A DNA stretch of 64,000 bases from Eledone cirrhosa (GCA_964016885.1 OZ024749.1:41788001-41852000); one strand, 5' to 3'. Shown: positions 37,850 through 52,203, numbered from the stretch's first letter. Numbers and translations are program-made. The notes: generated from the letters alone by a model not told the origin.

Positions 37850-39368
37850 TATGCCGAGGTTAACTTTGCCTTTCATCCTTCCAGGGTCAATAAAATAAAG
37901 TACCAGTAATGCACTGGGTAATTGCTGGCCTTGTGCCAAAAGTAGAAACAATTAATATATTGTATATATATATATACACATATAGGTGACAAAAAGCACC
38001 CAGTCCACACTGTAAATGTGGTTGGTGTTAGGAAGGGCATCCAGCCATAGAAAACATGCCAGAAACAGTTCTGTATGAACAAGACACGGTCACCCGACTA
38101 ATCTTGCATCAAGTGGGACAAACCCGTCCAACCCATGCTAGTGTGGGAGATGGACGTTAAACAATGATGATATATATATATATAATGTATGTCTGATGAC
38201 CCTGTGATAAACAGGCAAGACTCATTATTTAGCCTTAATTAAAACTCTACTTCGGTATTGAGTACTCTTTTCTTTCAACCGTCAACCACATGGATATATA
38301 TATATGCATGTGTATATACACATATATGAAATTTGCATGCCTTGGTGAATGTGTAAAAGTAGCATGCATGAATAGCAAAGCGTCAATGAACTAAAAGGGG
38401 TCAGATGCAGAGCGCTCAAATTTGTTGGAAGAGGAAGTCCTAGAAAAGATTGGAATAAAGTGATAAAATTTGACCTTGCACAATTAAACCTATTAAAGGA
38501 GGTGACACAGGATTGAGATTTCTGGCGTTATGCTGTACTGCAGAAGATCTGTCATCCCATGTGTACAGGATGAAACATACTAGTGGACATTAATCTGCAC
38601 CAATCTTCTCCCTGCCCCTCTTCCATTCACTCTCACCTCGTCCATGTCCAAATTGCACACCCGTTCCCCTGCCCACCTTCCCCTCACCCGATTACCTATC
38701 CTGTCCTTTTCAAAGCATTTTGGCTACCGTGTATGGCAATCTGGTGCCTCAACAACAAAAGTACCCAGTGCACCTTGTAAAGTTGCTGTAAACATGACAA
38801 GAGGCAGCTCCCAACCCACCATGTATAATGGTCACGCTGGTGACACGACAAAAGAACACTCAGTCCACCCTGTAAGGTGGTTGTCATTAACGTAATTCTC
38901 TGGGTGATTTGGAGTAACACACTTGTGTGATAAGGGTTGCCATTTGAATTACAGATATAAGCTGAGTGAACCGAAGCAAAGAATCGAACCTTAGCCGAAC
39001 ACTCTAACCATTAACTTACGTGACTTCACTAACACGCACGTAAAACACACACATATACATTCATATATATATATTTATATATATACACATATTTATATAT
39101 ATATACATATATTTATATATATATACGCAAACGTGAGATAAAGTACCCAACACATGCAAAGTTCATTTATTAGTATATCAGATAAATGTGAGTATATATA
39201 TATATATATATTAATATATATCATATACATTTATGAGTATCTCTTTATTTTTTCTCTCTCTATAAATGATATATATAACAGTATATGTATGGAATATAAC
39301 ATTATATAGGTTTCCAAGTGGGGGAAGTCAGCAGACAGTTTCAGTTAGAAGTGAACGTCTGCTGCCGA

Positions 39369-39384
39369 CAGCGACATCTAGCGG
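39369..39384. promoter_or_regulatory. CTCF-like site in the RNF168 promoter region
   Basis: CAGCGACATCTAGCGG is one mismatch from CAGCGCCATCTAGCGG; overlaps an ETS-like GCGGAAG; YY1-like GATGGCGGC nearby. Confidence 0.5.
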
Positions 39385-39706
39385 AAGGCGCCAATCTGGA
39401 AAATGTGATGGCGGCCTACTTGATACAGTCTTAAGACTTCAGCTGAATCTTCAAACTTTCTCATATTTATACTTGAGGAAATAACAAACCCAACAAAAAA
39501 TACGACTCAGAATTAGAAAAGGATAAATAATACATAAATTTCTCTTCGTTATTTTACAGTGGAATATTTGTTTTTGTTGAACAGTTAGCATAAACATCAA
39601 AAGCGAGAGATAGAAGAGCAACAACAACAAGCTCCGTCCCTCTTTTCTATAAAGGATAACAGCAGTAGTACACAGTCGAAGACAGTAGTACACAGTAGTG
39701 TGGTTG

Positions 39707-39983
39707 ATGGAGAACTATACGTGTCCGATTTGTATAAATCTTCTTATTGAACCCGTAACGTTGCCATGCAAACATGAGTTGTGTCTTCCTTGTTTCCAAC
39801 AGAACTTTGAAGAGAGCTTATGTTGTCCAATGTGTCGCACACGGATATCTTCGTGGGTGAGAAAACAGAGCAAAATCAACAAACTAGTCAACGAAAAACG
39901 ATGGAAAGAAATCAAAAGTTTATTTCCAGAAAAGGTTAGGCTTCGTCAGGAAGGATTCGAGGAAGATTCCGAAGTAGACCAAA
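39707..39983 (+). CDS. RNF168: RNF168-like E3 ligase exon 1 (C3HC4 RING)
   Basis: CPICINLLIEPVTLPCKHELCLPCF...LCCPMCRTRISSWVR...LVNEKRWKEI matches the RNF168/169 RING; donor A|GTTAGT, phase 1. Confidence 0.92.
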
Positions 39984-40713
39984 GTTAGTTTGTATTCAAT
40001 TTTTTCTCTCCACTTTCCTTTTAATCGTTCGTTTTATTGTCTTCATTTGAAGAATTTCAACGAGGAAAAAAAAAAATTTTTTTTTCGAAAAATTCGTATT
40101 TTGTTTATCGGTTATGTTATTTGTTAGTTTAATTTTTGGTTGAAAGATGTTAATAGAATAAATTCAAAGGGTTTCGTAAGAAAATCTACCTAAATATATC
40201 TAAATATGTATATTTAGATATGATTTTAGCATCACAACACAAATATTGTAGTATTTCGTTGCATAAAGTCGGCGGCATTGTCTGGTTGTAGTAGTGCAAC
40301 ATATCATGCTACTGTATACACCAACTGCCATAATTTCTGCTTTTTTTTGTATGTTTGTATATATATAGGTGTGTGTGTGTGTGTACGTAGCAAATATATG
40401 TATATTAAATTTAAGCATACATGGACATATATGCGTCCATTTATGATTATAGATATTTGTATACACACATACATTATATATATATATATATACACCTTTC
40501 ATTTATATATATATATATATATACCTTTCATTTATATATATATAATATATAACCATAAGCAAATATGGACACACAAATCCATTTATGCTTATATATACAT
40601 ACATACATGTATGTATACACATACATGTGCTTTAGTATAAGTGGAAATGTGTCATATTAACGCATGTGTATCATCTCTTTGGATATATTGAGGGTGTGTA
40701 GATAGAAAAATAC

Positions 40714-40749
<36 letters not shown>

Positions 40750-40908
40750 CAAAATATTAACAAATGAAGACGTTCACATAATCAATGTTTTATTATATAT
40801 ATTTCGGAGATACTGTGCTGCTTTTTCAGTACGTCCTCTTCAGATAAAATATATGAATTGATGTATGACACCTCAACTGTCTTGATGGTTCAATTCCAGT
40901 ATTGGTTG

Positions 40909-40940
<32 letters not shown>

Positions 40941-41289
40941 GTGTGCAGTACGAGGACCGGGAAGACCACACATCAGAGTAGTACTCGATGTATGGCAGAG
41001 GTTACAAACCGAAACTGCTCGCGGTCGAATCTCGCTTTCCTCATGATTTCCTTCCAATGAAACAGTTCTAGTCTTGTAGAAGCCATTTCTAATATTAAAA
41101 ATGTATACTCTGCTATTTGTTGAGTACCTGAGTACCTTACTGTGATTACCCCCCGATTAAACCCAACACGGACACACACACACATACACACACACACATA
41201 TATATACATACATATAAATGTGCTTTTATAGAGAGGGTGTGTAAAAAATATAAAATATATATAAATGAATGAATGTGTGTTTATATAAA

Positions 41290-41304
41290 TATATATATAT
41301 ATAT

Positions 41305-41346
<42 letters not shown>

Positions 41347-41596
41347 ATATATATATATATATATATATCAATATATATATATATATATATATCAATATAT
41401 ATATATATATATATATATCAATATATATATATATATATATATCAATATATATATATCAATCAATATATATATATCAATATATATATATATATCAATATAT
41501 ATATATCAATATATATATATATATCAATATATATATATCAATATATATATATATATATATCAATATATATATATATATCAATATATATATATATAT

Positions 41597-41632
<36 letters not shown>

Positions 41633-41762
41633 ATATATATATATATATCAATATATATATATATATATCAATATATATATATATATATATATCAATATAT
41701 ATATATATATCAATATATATATATATATCAATATATATATATCAATATATATATATATATAT
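41290..41762. repeat. Compound microsatellite [CAA(TA)n]m
   Basis: caa anchors separated by variable TA runs. Confidence 0.95.
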
Positions 41763-41945
41763 GCGTGTATATATGACTGGTGTGGAACCATGTAAGACAA
41801 AAATAAACATTTGATTTGATGACAACTCCAGTACATTGCGGCAGATTGTTGAAGCACATGACCAAAGTCCATTGACCAATTCTTGTAGACATTCCTTCAT
41901 CACATTACATTAGCTGTTGGGGGAGATATTCTGGGTGAGGCCCTA

Positions 41946-42009
41946 ATATACCCATAATATCCTATATATATAAGGTATTATGGGTATATATATATAAAAG
42001 GTATTATGG

Positions 42010-42057
<48 letters not shown>

Positions 42058-42918
42058 ATGGGTGTGTGTATATATATATTTATATATATATATATATATA
42101 TATATGGTATTATGGATGTATATATATATAAGGCATTATGGATATATATATATATATATATATATGTATTATGGATAGATATATATGTATTATGGATATA
42201 TATATGTATTATGGATATATATATGTATTATGGATATATATATGTATTATGGATATATAAGGTATTATGGATATATATATATATAAGGTATTATGGATAT
42301 ATATATATATAAGGTATTATGGATATATATATATATAAGGTATTATGGATATATATATATATAAGGTATTATGGATATATATATATATAAGGTATTATGG
42401 GTATATATATATATATATAAGGTATTATGGATATATATATATATATATAAGGTATTATGGGTATATATATATATAAGGTATTATGGGTATATATATATAT
42501 ATATATAAGGTATTATGGGTATATATATATATATAAGGTATTATGGGTATATATATATATATAAGGTATTATGGGTATATATATATATATAAGGTATTAT
42601 GGAGATATATATATATATAAGGTATTATGGAGATATATATATATATATAAGGTATTATGGGTATATATATATAAGGTATTATGGATATATATATATATAT
42701 AAGGTATTATGGATATATATATATATAAGGTATTATGGGTATATATATATATATAAGGTATTATGGGTATGTATATATATATAAGGTATTATGGATATAT
42801 ATATATATATAAGGTATTATGGATATATATATATATATAAGGTATTATGGATATATATATATATATAAGGTATTATGGATATATATATATATATATATAA
42901 GGTATTATGGGTATATAT
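41946..42918. repeat. Compound satellite [AAGGTATTATGG(TA)n]m
   Basis: More than 30 copies of a ggtattatgg-type anchor with variable TA runs. Confidence 0.95.
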
Positions 42919-42931
42919 ACATAATTTTCAT

Positions 42932-42985
<54 letters not shown>

Positions 42986-43321
42986 GAGTTCTTCAGTAGA
43001 AATGTTTGATTCCTCTGAAATCATCATGAACAATTTCTTGTTCTGTAGAAGTCATTATTATATATTGGCAGCATCGCTAGACCATAAGCATAGAGTTATG
43101 GCCCTTTACGTTCTGGGTTCAAATCCCGCCGAGGTTAACTTTACCTTTCATTCTTACAGGGTCGATAAAATAGAGTACCAGTAATGCCCTGGGATAATTG
43201 CTGGCCTTGTGCCAAAAGTAGAAACAATTATTATATAAAATAAAGATGTCTATACCCTAGTAACGTATTGAGTACCTTTTTTAACTGTGGCTGCCTCCTG
43301 ATACCTATCTGGAATCTACCC

Positions 43322-43362
<41 letters not shown>

Positions 43363-43364
<2 letters not shown>

Positions 43365-44901
43365 TGGTGTCATACCCAAAGACTGGTGCAACAGTATTCT
43401 CATAAATTGCTACAAAGGTAAAGGGGATGCTTTGGAGAGGAGCAATTATAGGGGTATAAAACTGATAGATCAGGTTATGAAAGTGGCAGAAAGGATTTTA
43501 GCACAACTAATTAGAGAAAGGGTCAAACTAGATGAGATGCAGTTTGGTTTTGTGTCTGGGAAGAGTACAACAGATGCCCTCTTCTTGGTGAGACAAATGC
43601 AAGAGAGGTTCTTAGAGAAGAATAAGCCACTATACTTAGCCTTTGTTGACCTAGAGAAGGCCTTTGATAGGGTACCCCGATCTGTCATCTGGTGGTCCCT
43701 AAGGAAGCTAGGTGTTGAGGAATGGCTTGTGAGGACAGTGAAAACTTTGTACAGAGGTACTCTCAGTAAAGTCAGGGTAGGAATGGAGTTTAGTGAGGAA
43801 TTCCAGATACAAGTAGGAGTACATCAGGGTTCGGTCCTCAGCCCGCTCTTGTTCATTATAGTCCTCCAAGCCATAACAGAGGAGTTTAAGACTGGCTGTC
43901 CATGGGAACTTCTCTATGCTGACGATCTGGTTCTTATAGCAGAATCAGTAGAGGAGCTAGAGAATAAATTCTGGCTATGGAAACAGCATTTGGAAGCAAG
44001 AGGACTGAGAGTGAATCTAGCTAAGACAAAAGTGTTGATGAGTAGAAAAGAGGACAAAACCTTGATTCCGTCAGGGCAATGGCCATGTTAGATATGCAGA
44101 AAAGGAACTGGCATAAATTCTATAAAATGCACACAATGCAGATCCTGGGTACACAAGAGATGTAGCGGGATAGCAGGCAAACTAACAGGTAGGGAGAAAT
44201 ATGTATGCAGTAGATGTACAGGGAAATTAGACAGTAGAAGTTGCACTGATAGACACATTTTTCAAATGCAAGAGGGCGCTATAGAAGTGGTGGATAGCTT
44301 CCGGTACCTAGGAGATCAGATTAGCATGGGAGGAGGGTGTTCCGAGGCCATAGTATCTAGAATAAGGACGGGTTGGAAGAAGTTTAGGGAGCTGCTTCTT
44401 CTGTTGACGAAGAAGAGTTTCTCCCTGCGTACGAAAGGCCGGTTGTATGATGCCTGTGTGAGGAGCGCGATGCTGCATGGTAGTGAGACATGGGCAGCAA
44501 CTGCAGAGTATATGCGACAGCTGGAGAGAAATGAGGCAAGCATGCTCCGTTGGATGTGCAGTGTAAATGTGCGTGAACGACCCAGCATAAATGTGTTGAG
44601 AGGGATAGAATGTAGTGTACGGGAGAGGAGACTGAGGTGGTATGGACATGTGATGCGCATGGAGGATGACCGATGGGTGAAGAAGTGCCAGGAAATGCCA
44701 GTTGAAGGAAGACGTGGTAGAGGTAGACCACGAAAAACATGGGCGGAGGTGGTGAGAACAGACCTCAGATCATTGAAGCTCACGGTGGAGATGACGAGGG
44801 ACCGTGAAGAGTGGAGAGATGCTGTGCTGAATAAGACCCGTCCCACCCTTGCAAGCAGGGAAAAGCGGACGTAAAATGATGATGATAATGAGGATGATGA
44901 T
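43363..44901 (+). mobile_element. 5'-truncated RTE-clade LINE (RT plus PHD-like Cys finger)
   Basis: RT motifs NYRGIKL, QFGF, FVDLEKAFDRV, GVHQGSVLSPLLF, YADD; single in-frame TAG at 44089; C-terminal RLRWYGHVMR..GRPRKTW; (TGA)n tail. Confidence 0.95.
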
Positions 44902-45599
44902 ATATATGTCAATGGTGGAAGGCAAAAAATTAAATGTAGTTGTATATTGAGGACCAGCTATGAAATATGTAGGTTTACCTAACGTATAAGCAGTTGGGGG
45001 AACAATTGCAGGGGTTACCTAAGAATTCAGTGGGATTCTATTAAGATTAATTGTAATTGAAGCACATGTAGGTAGTGTAATCATTAGAAACACAGTCAAG
45101 GAATGGTGAAGACCCCAGTATGGGCATGCTTGCCACATTTCCTTCTACACCCTTCACACATGTAACCAGTACTTATGTCTCATTATTGTGTAACACTGCA
45201 TTTCATATAAATGCATCATTCCATGTTGAAAGAATTATTGCTTTTGATACCAGAAGAGATAATAGCTGCCTGAACTTTTTTTCCATCCCCTTTTTACTCT
45301 GTTTTCTGTGCTTTCAGAGCACCCTCCTCTTTTAATTCATTAGATCACCCATGTACCAGAAGGGAAACTTCCAAACATTTGAAAAAAACAAAACAAAAAC
45401 AATCCTGGGTGCTCTTACTGTCATTCTAACTTGTGAAGGGCACCATCGCTTAGTGATTTGTGTGTTGGGCTTACAGTTGTATTATGTGTTCGGTTTCTTG
45501 TTTAGATGGCATGTGTTCTTGGACTGGTGTCAATCAAACACAAGCTCTGGCCTGATGAACTTCCAGGCTTGGAACAGACTTTAACTTTACTGCTAAACA

Positions 45600-46160
45600 C
45601 CTATGCATCTGCTACATACAAATCCCTTCTCTGTCAGCTTATTTGTGATCCCACTGCACCTCTTGTACATCATATAGAATTCCTACCTACTCCTTTTCTG
45701 CATATGGGGTATAGTCATTTCACAGATAACAGTAGAGTCTAGATTATTTCTGTTGTGCTTCAGGAAGATGATACCAATGGTAGCCATCCTAGTACAAACC
45801 AGAACCACATTTCATTTAAGTTAATTTTCTTCCTAATTCTGTCCTACTATAACTGTGTAACTTCCATCACAACTTTGTCCATCAGTTTCCTTCATCTATA
45901 GTTGCTTTTTTTTAGAGTATCTCTTTTGTCCTTGTAGCAGTTGATGAAGATGATGTGCTACACCATTGATTATGTGGGTGACTAGCATGTGCCAGATATA
46001 TTCAACATCCCTAATGACTCAGGTGCCTTCATATCCATCACCATTTCACCTGTAAAGCTGCCAGTTTCAGTAACTGTTCTCTCTGTTGGGTCTAGCTGTG
46101 GTAATTCCACTATGGTGCCCAGACACCACATATTCCACTTGATTATGTTTGTTTTGGTGA
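45600..46160 (-). mobile_element. Highly degraded RTE remnant
   Basis: agaattcctacctactccttttctgcat and ttgtccttgtagcagttgatga align with the RTE at 50170-50890. Confidence 0.55.
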
Positions 46161-46928
46161 TTAATAACAGAAACTGAAAATGAAATGAGATAAATTTACA
46201 GCTCACACCTATGCAAGTTTAGCTGGCCTCCTATGTGGTTGCATCTCGTAAGAGGCTTTTTGGGCCTCTTAATGATAGGGACTCAGTCTTATCTTGAAAA
46301 GCAACATGATCACGAACACAATGCATCCAGTCCAGGAATTAACGATATGCAACAACAACCAAACAATGTTTTCACTGTTAAAGCAGGGGTTGGCTTTGTG
46401 GACCAGATGATATACATCACATTCATAATGGGGTACTTTTTCAGGCGATGCTTTACAGCTGGAAGCCCCTTTCTGGCACCAAACTTTTTAGTCACTTTTT
46501 ATTACAGTGTACCTATTCTAAACTTCATGCATATGACACAGACATATGATGTGTACTTATTCTAAACTTCGTACATATGGCATGGACATATAATGATGTA
46601 ATATGAATTGAGAACTAAAGGTGAAGAGTCCCTAGCTCCTTAATGACACTCTGTGTGTTTTGGTGGAACCTATCCCTCTCTAGGTTGGAAACAATGGTTT
46701 CTTCCTGAGAGAAAGAACCAATCACAGGACTAGAATGGTACTTCATTAATCTTCAAACGATGAAAGGCAAATTTCGCATTGGCAGGATTTTAACTCAAGA
46801 ATTCAGTGAGCCAGAAGAAATACAAAGACATTTGTAATCCAAATGTGACAGCCTGTTTAACCCATGCAGACATGGGGAATATAAACATGAAATGTTGATG
46901 ATGATGGCATGGAAAATATAGACATTAA

Positions 46929-47136
46929 TCCTTTAGCGTTTATATTACTTTATATTTACTGTTATATTTTCATGGTAAAGGCTTTATCTCGCATAATATC
47001 GAATCTATGAGATTTTGATATTATTTATGTTGAGAACAAGACCTTAATATCAGTATGAGTGGCCAGTTACAACCGGTTTGAACAGAAAGAAGTGAGAGAA
47101 TTCTGGCTGGATATGGCCGGTTTAAATGCTAAAGGG
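46929..47136. mobile_element. MITE family A copy inserted in tandem RTE-tail-like repeats
   Basis: TTAA flanks; 208 bp colinear with 4297-4504. Confidence 0.9.
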
Positions 47137-48380
47137 TTAAATGATGATGATGATATGGAAAATATAGACATTAAATGCTGTTGATGATGATGGCATGGGA
47201 AATATAGACTTTAAACGATGGTGATACCATAACAACTCTGCCAATTTACCTTATGTAAATTGAACTTTTATATAAAATTATGCCCCTTCATATTTTTAAA
47301 TGATTATGCTGGGGTTTATAACTGTTTGGATAGTTAGAAACCATTAGAAGTGTGTCAGTAACACACACTGATAAATATATTTCACCTGCTCTACCACTTT
47401 GTGTATGTATGTGTGTGTGTGTAGGTGAGCATTCTGTCTTTATTTACATCTGACTAATATTCAAATTTCTCTAACGGTCAATATATTTTATTAGAAATAT
47501 AATTACATGAGTATTTAAGATGCATGATCATGGCTAGCCTAAATAATTGACAGCTTCTGTCTCGCAGCACAGTTATTTTATGTCATATGTCTGCTACTTC
47601 TCAGGTCTTTACTTTGCAGATTATTCAACAACTATAACTAACAAAAGGGTTTAAAAATTAGTGTAAATGCTTTATACATTATCATTGTGTTTATGTTCAC
47701 AGTTCTATGGTATTTGTTGGATGCAACATTTCGAAACGGTGTTTTATGACAAGAAGCCTTTCTTGATTGGGTACATCCCACCTCAATCAGGAGCAGTGTA
47801 TACCATGACTCCTTAACTTTCTTATATTTTAGGTTCTTTCATGAACCCACTCCATATTGCCTTCTCAAATCATTGTTGGTTCAATAATTAGGACTTTTTT
47901 GTCAATTCAGCCTTGTCATAAGGTCAGAGTGTTGTGTTGTTATAGTATTGAGGCACAGGTATATGAGTGTTTTCTTTCAACCATTATCACCTTGCAGAAA
48001 TCTGGGTATCAACTTTTCTATGTTCACCCTCCTACATTGTCCATTCTCAATTTCATTGTGGAAGATAATAGGGGGCAGCCTAGTATTGATTTTTTTTTTT
48101 TTTCCTTGCATTAACACTGCAGCATTGTTGTAATACATTAGTCAGGGCACTTTATATATATATATATATATATATAATGTATATATATATAATGTATATA
48201 TATATAATGTATATAATGTATATATATATAATGTATATAATATATATATATATATAATATATGTATATAATATATATATATAATATATGTATATAATATA
48301 TGTATATAATATATATATATATAATATATGTATATAATATATGTATATAATATATATGTATATAATATATGTATATAATA

Positions 48381-48686
48381 TCATCATCATCATTTTACGT
48401 CCGCTTTTCCCTGCTTGCAAGGGTGGGACGGGTCTTATTCAGCACAGCATCTCTCCACTCGTCACGGTCCCTCGTCATCTCCACCGTGAGCTTCAATGAT
48501 CTGAGGTCTGTTCTCACCACCTCCGCCCATGTTTTTCGTGGTCTACCTCTACCACGTCTTCCCTCAACTGGCAATTCCTGGCACTTCTTCACCCATCGGT
48601 CATCACATGTCCATACCACCTCAGTCTCCTCTCCTGTACACTACATTCTATCCCTCTCAGACACAGTTTCTCTCTCAACACATTTA
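48381..48686 (-). mobile_element. RTE LINE 3' end, inverted near-identical copy of 44587-44885
   Basis: DDRWVKKCQELPVEGRRGRGRPRKTW..SREKRT with (TGA)n tail. Confidence 0.93.
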
Positions 48687-48813
48687 TATATGTATATAAT
48701 CATCATCATCATCGTTTAACATCCATATTCCACGCTTGCATGGGTTTGGACGGGAGTTTTCCCACTTGAGGCAAGAGTGGTTGTTTTGCTCGCATAGGAC
48801 TGTCTGGCGGGTT

Positions 48814-48818
48814 TTATA

Positions 48819-48892
<74 letters not shown>

Positions 48893-49171
48893 TATATATA
48901 TAATATATATAATATATATATATAATATATATAATATATATATATAATATATATATTATATATTATATATATAATATATATATATTATATATTATATATA
49001 TAATATATATAATATATATATATTAATATATATAATATATATATATATTATATATATATAATATATATATTATATATATATAATATATATATATTAATAT
49101 ATATATAATATATATATATTAATATATATATAATATATATATTTATATATTATATATGTATATATTATATA
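48814..49171. repeat. TA-rich low-complexity tract (another at 48151-48380)
   Basis: Almost entirely T and A. Confidence 0.9.
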
Positions 49172-51490
49172 TCATCATCACCGTTTTACATCCGTTCTTC
49201 CACGCTAGCATGGGTTAAACGGGTTGTCCTGTTGTGGGCAGTGTCTAGTCGGCTGACCATGCCTTGCTCATACAGGAACTGATTTGGCTTGATTTCTACA
49301 GCTGGATGCCCTTCCCAACACCAACCTCATTTACAGTGAGTGCTGGGTGCTTTTTCGTGGCGCCTACACGTCCACTTTACAGTGTGGGCTGGGTGCTTTT
49401 TTGCCGTGGCACCTCCACGACCACCTTGCGGTGGGGGGTGTGGGGGCATATTGTCTATATGCTTCAGCTTGTACCCATGGGAGGTCGGGTACTCTGTATT
49501 ACTGCGTGACGCCATTGCCTTTGAGAGGTGTAATTGGGTATGGTCGGCTTTTATCACCTCATCCCAGTTCAACTTGGGTCTCCCCACTCCGCGGTTTCCA
49601 TCAACTTCTAGTGCTCTGCACCTTTTTATGCAGCTGTCATCCTTCATACGCATCACATGTCCATACCAGCGCAACCGCCTCTCCTGCACACAGCATTTGA
49701 TTCCTCTTATGCTCAGTCTCTCTCTCAATTCATTTATGCTTTGTCGTTCACGTATATTACTGTTACACATCCATCGGAGCATGCAGGCTTCGTTTCTCTC
49801 TAATCTACGTAAGTCTTCCACCTTCAGCGCCCAGGTCTCATTATCATGCAACATTGCCTTTCATTCTGAGGGAGAAGCCTTTTGCAGCTTGCAGTGGTAG
49901 TAGTTCCCTAAACTTCTTCCATCCCGTTCTTACCCTAGTTATTGTACTTTCTGAACACCCACCTCCGCTGCTAATTCGGTCACCTAGGTAGCAGAAGCTG
50001 TCTACTGTTTCTACAGAGCCCTCCCAGAGATTGGTGGTACTTGTTTCCGGTGGCTGTTTGCTGCTTGCTGTCCCAGCACAGCTGCTGCATGTGAAGTCTA
50101 CATTCTTAATTAAGCTTCCTGAGATCCCACTACATCTCTTGTGTACCCATTGTTTGCATTTGGGGCAGAGAATGGAGTTCCTACCTACACCTTTCCTACA
50201 TACTGAGCAAGGCCATTTCCCTGAGGGGATCTGGGTTCTGTTTTCTCGTCTACTTACAAGGACCTTAGTCTTTGTCATGTTGACTTTGAGACCCTTTCTT
50301 TCTAGTCCCTGCTTCCAAGTTTGGAATTTATTCTCTAGTTCTACCATAGATTCAGCTAGGAGTGCGAGGTCATCAGCATACAGGAGTTCCCATCCGGTCT
50401 TAAACTCCTCCGTTATTGCCTGCAGGACTATGATGAACAGGAGGGGGCTAAGAACAGAGCCCTGGTGGACCCCAACCTGTACGCTAAATTCCTCACTATA
50501 CTCATTGCTAATCCTAACTTTGCTGACTGCTCCCCTATACATGGCTTGTACCGCTTTCACAAGCCATTCATCTACTCCTAGTTTTCTAAGAGCCCACCAG
50601 ATTACAGCACGTGGAACTCTGTCAAAGGCTTTCTCAAGGTCGACAAATGCCAAGTAGAGTGGCTTACTTTTAGCTAGGTACTTTTCCTGTAACTGCCTCA
50701 CAAGGAAGAGGGCATCAGTGGTGCCTCTTCCTGGTACAAACCCAAATTGCATCTCGTCTATTTTCACCCGGTCCCTAATCAACTGTGCTATAACTCTTTC
50801 TGTTACTTTCATGACCTGGTCCATCAACTTTATACCTCTATAATTTCCTCTATCTAGTGCATCGCCTTTACCTTTGTAGCAGTTGACAATGATGCTACTG
50901 CACCAATCTTTTGGTACGACACCTTCTAGTATTACCTGGTTAACAATACGTGTGGTTATAGTGTGACCTACAGACCCAGATGCCTTCAGCATCTCGGCAG
51001 CTATCCCCGATGGACCGGTTGCCTTCTCCATCTTCATATCTTTGATTGCCTTACTTACTACGTACTGCTGGCCCCTCTATAGGGTCTACTTGGGGTAGGG
51101 TCTCTTCTTCCCATGCATTCTCCTCATTTAGTAATCTATCATAATGACTCTTCCATGCATCTTTCTTCTCAGCACTTGTGAGGGCAAGCTCACCTTTATC
51201 ATTCCGGATACACTTCTCTCCAATGACATCACAACTATCTCTGACACACTGCCTCGCAATCTTGAACACCTCCTGTTTCTGGTCCTCATGTTGCAAAATA
51301 TGCTTGAATTTTCTATCCTCTGCTTCCCTCTTGGTCTCTATGTAATGTACCCTGCTCCCCCTTTTCTTCTATTCTTTTCATGCCTGTCTCTTGGCCTTAA
51401 CTGCTTCATCTACCTTATTGTTCCACCACCAAGTCACTCTACTCCTGCTTGAGGTCTTACTCCAGCCACAGACCTCATCCGTCGCCTCTA
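49172..51490 (-). mobile_element. RTE-clade LINE (second subfamily), 5'-truncated and frameshifted, with a SINE-like 3' region
   Basis: 397-aa RT ORF (KATGPSGI, QFGFVPGRGTTDA, YADD, CSVC..CPKCKQWVHKRC..CSSC); flanking frames 51051-51296 and 49327-49854; 49172-49440 carries Meta-like core and RTE tail. Confidence 0.93.
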
Positions 51491-51990
51491 GTAAATTATG
51501 TGTGTGCGTGTTTGTGTATTTGTGTGTATGTATGGATATGTTGATATATATGTGTGTATGTATGTATGTGTATATATATATGTATGTGTATGTAGATATA
51601 TATATACATATATATGTGTGTATGTATGTATGTGTATATATATATGTATGTGTATGTAGATATATATATACATATATGTGTGTGTGTATGTATGTGTGTA
51701 TATATGTGTGTGATGTAATTGTGTGTGTGCATGCGTGTTTATTTTTCCTTTCCTTCTTCCTTTTCCAGCCTCACTTTCATATAGATTATATTTTTGTTTT
51801 TAAAATCCAATGTCGATAAATACACCAGGATTTTTTCATTCTGATGATTGAAAGCAAAATTTGTTTGGTTTTAAGAAACCACTGGTAAATGAAATAATTG
51901 CCTTATGTTGTTTATTACATAACTATTAAGCTCTGTAACCTACATAGATCACTCTTTTTTCCTGGGCCTTTCCGACGGAATTACTTCACA

Positions 51991-52053
<63 letters not shown>

Positions 52054-52133
52054 TCACCATCAAGCCGTTTCTGAGGCTATTATATATATACACACACAAA
52101 AACAATTATATAAAAATACACACGCACACACAC

Positions 52134-52183
<50 letters not shown>

Positions 52184-52203
52184 CGTGTGTATTTTTATAT
52201 AAT

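Noticed and set aside
40973-41872. Long Ile/Tyr-rich ORFs (also near 51400-52420)
   Set aside because: Translations of TA and CA microsatellites.
41946-42918. Constant anchor with variable spacers, CRISPR-like
   Set aside because: Spacers are only TA runs; eukaryotic intron; no cas genes.
44308-44912. Antisense ORFs over the RTE elements (also 49340-50657)
   Set aside because: Shadow frames of the LINE ORF.
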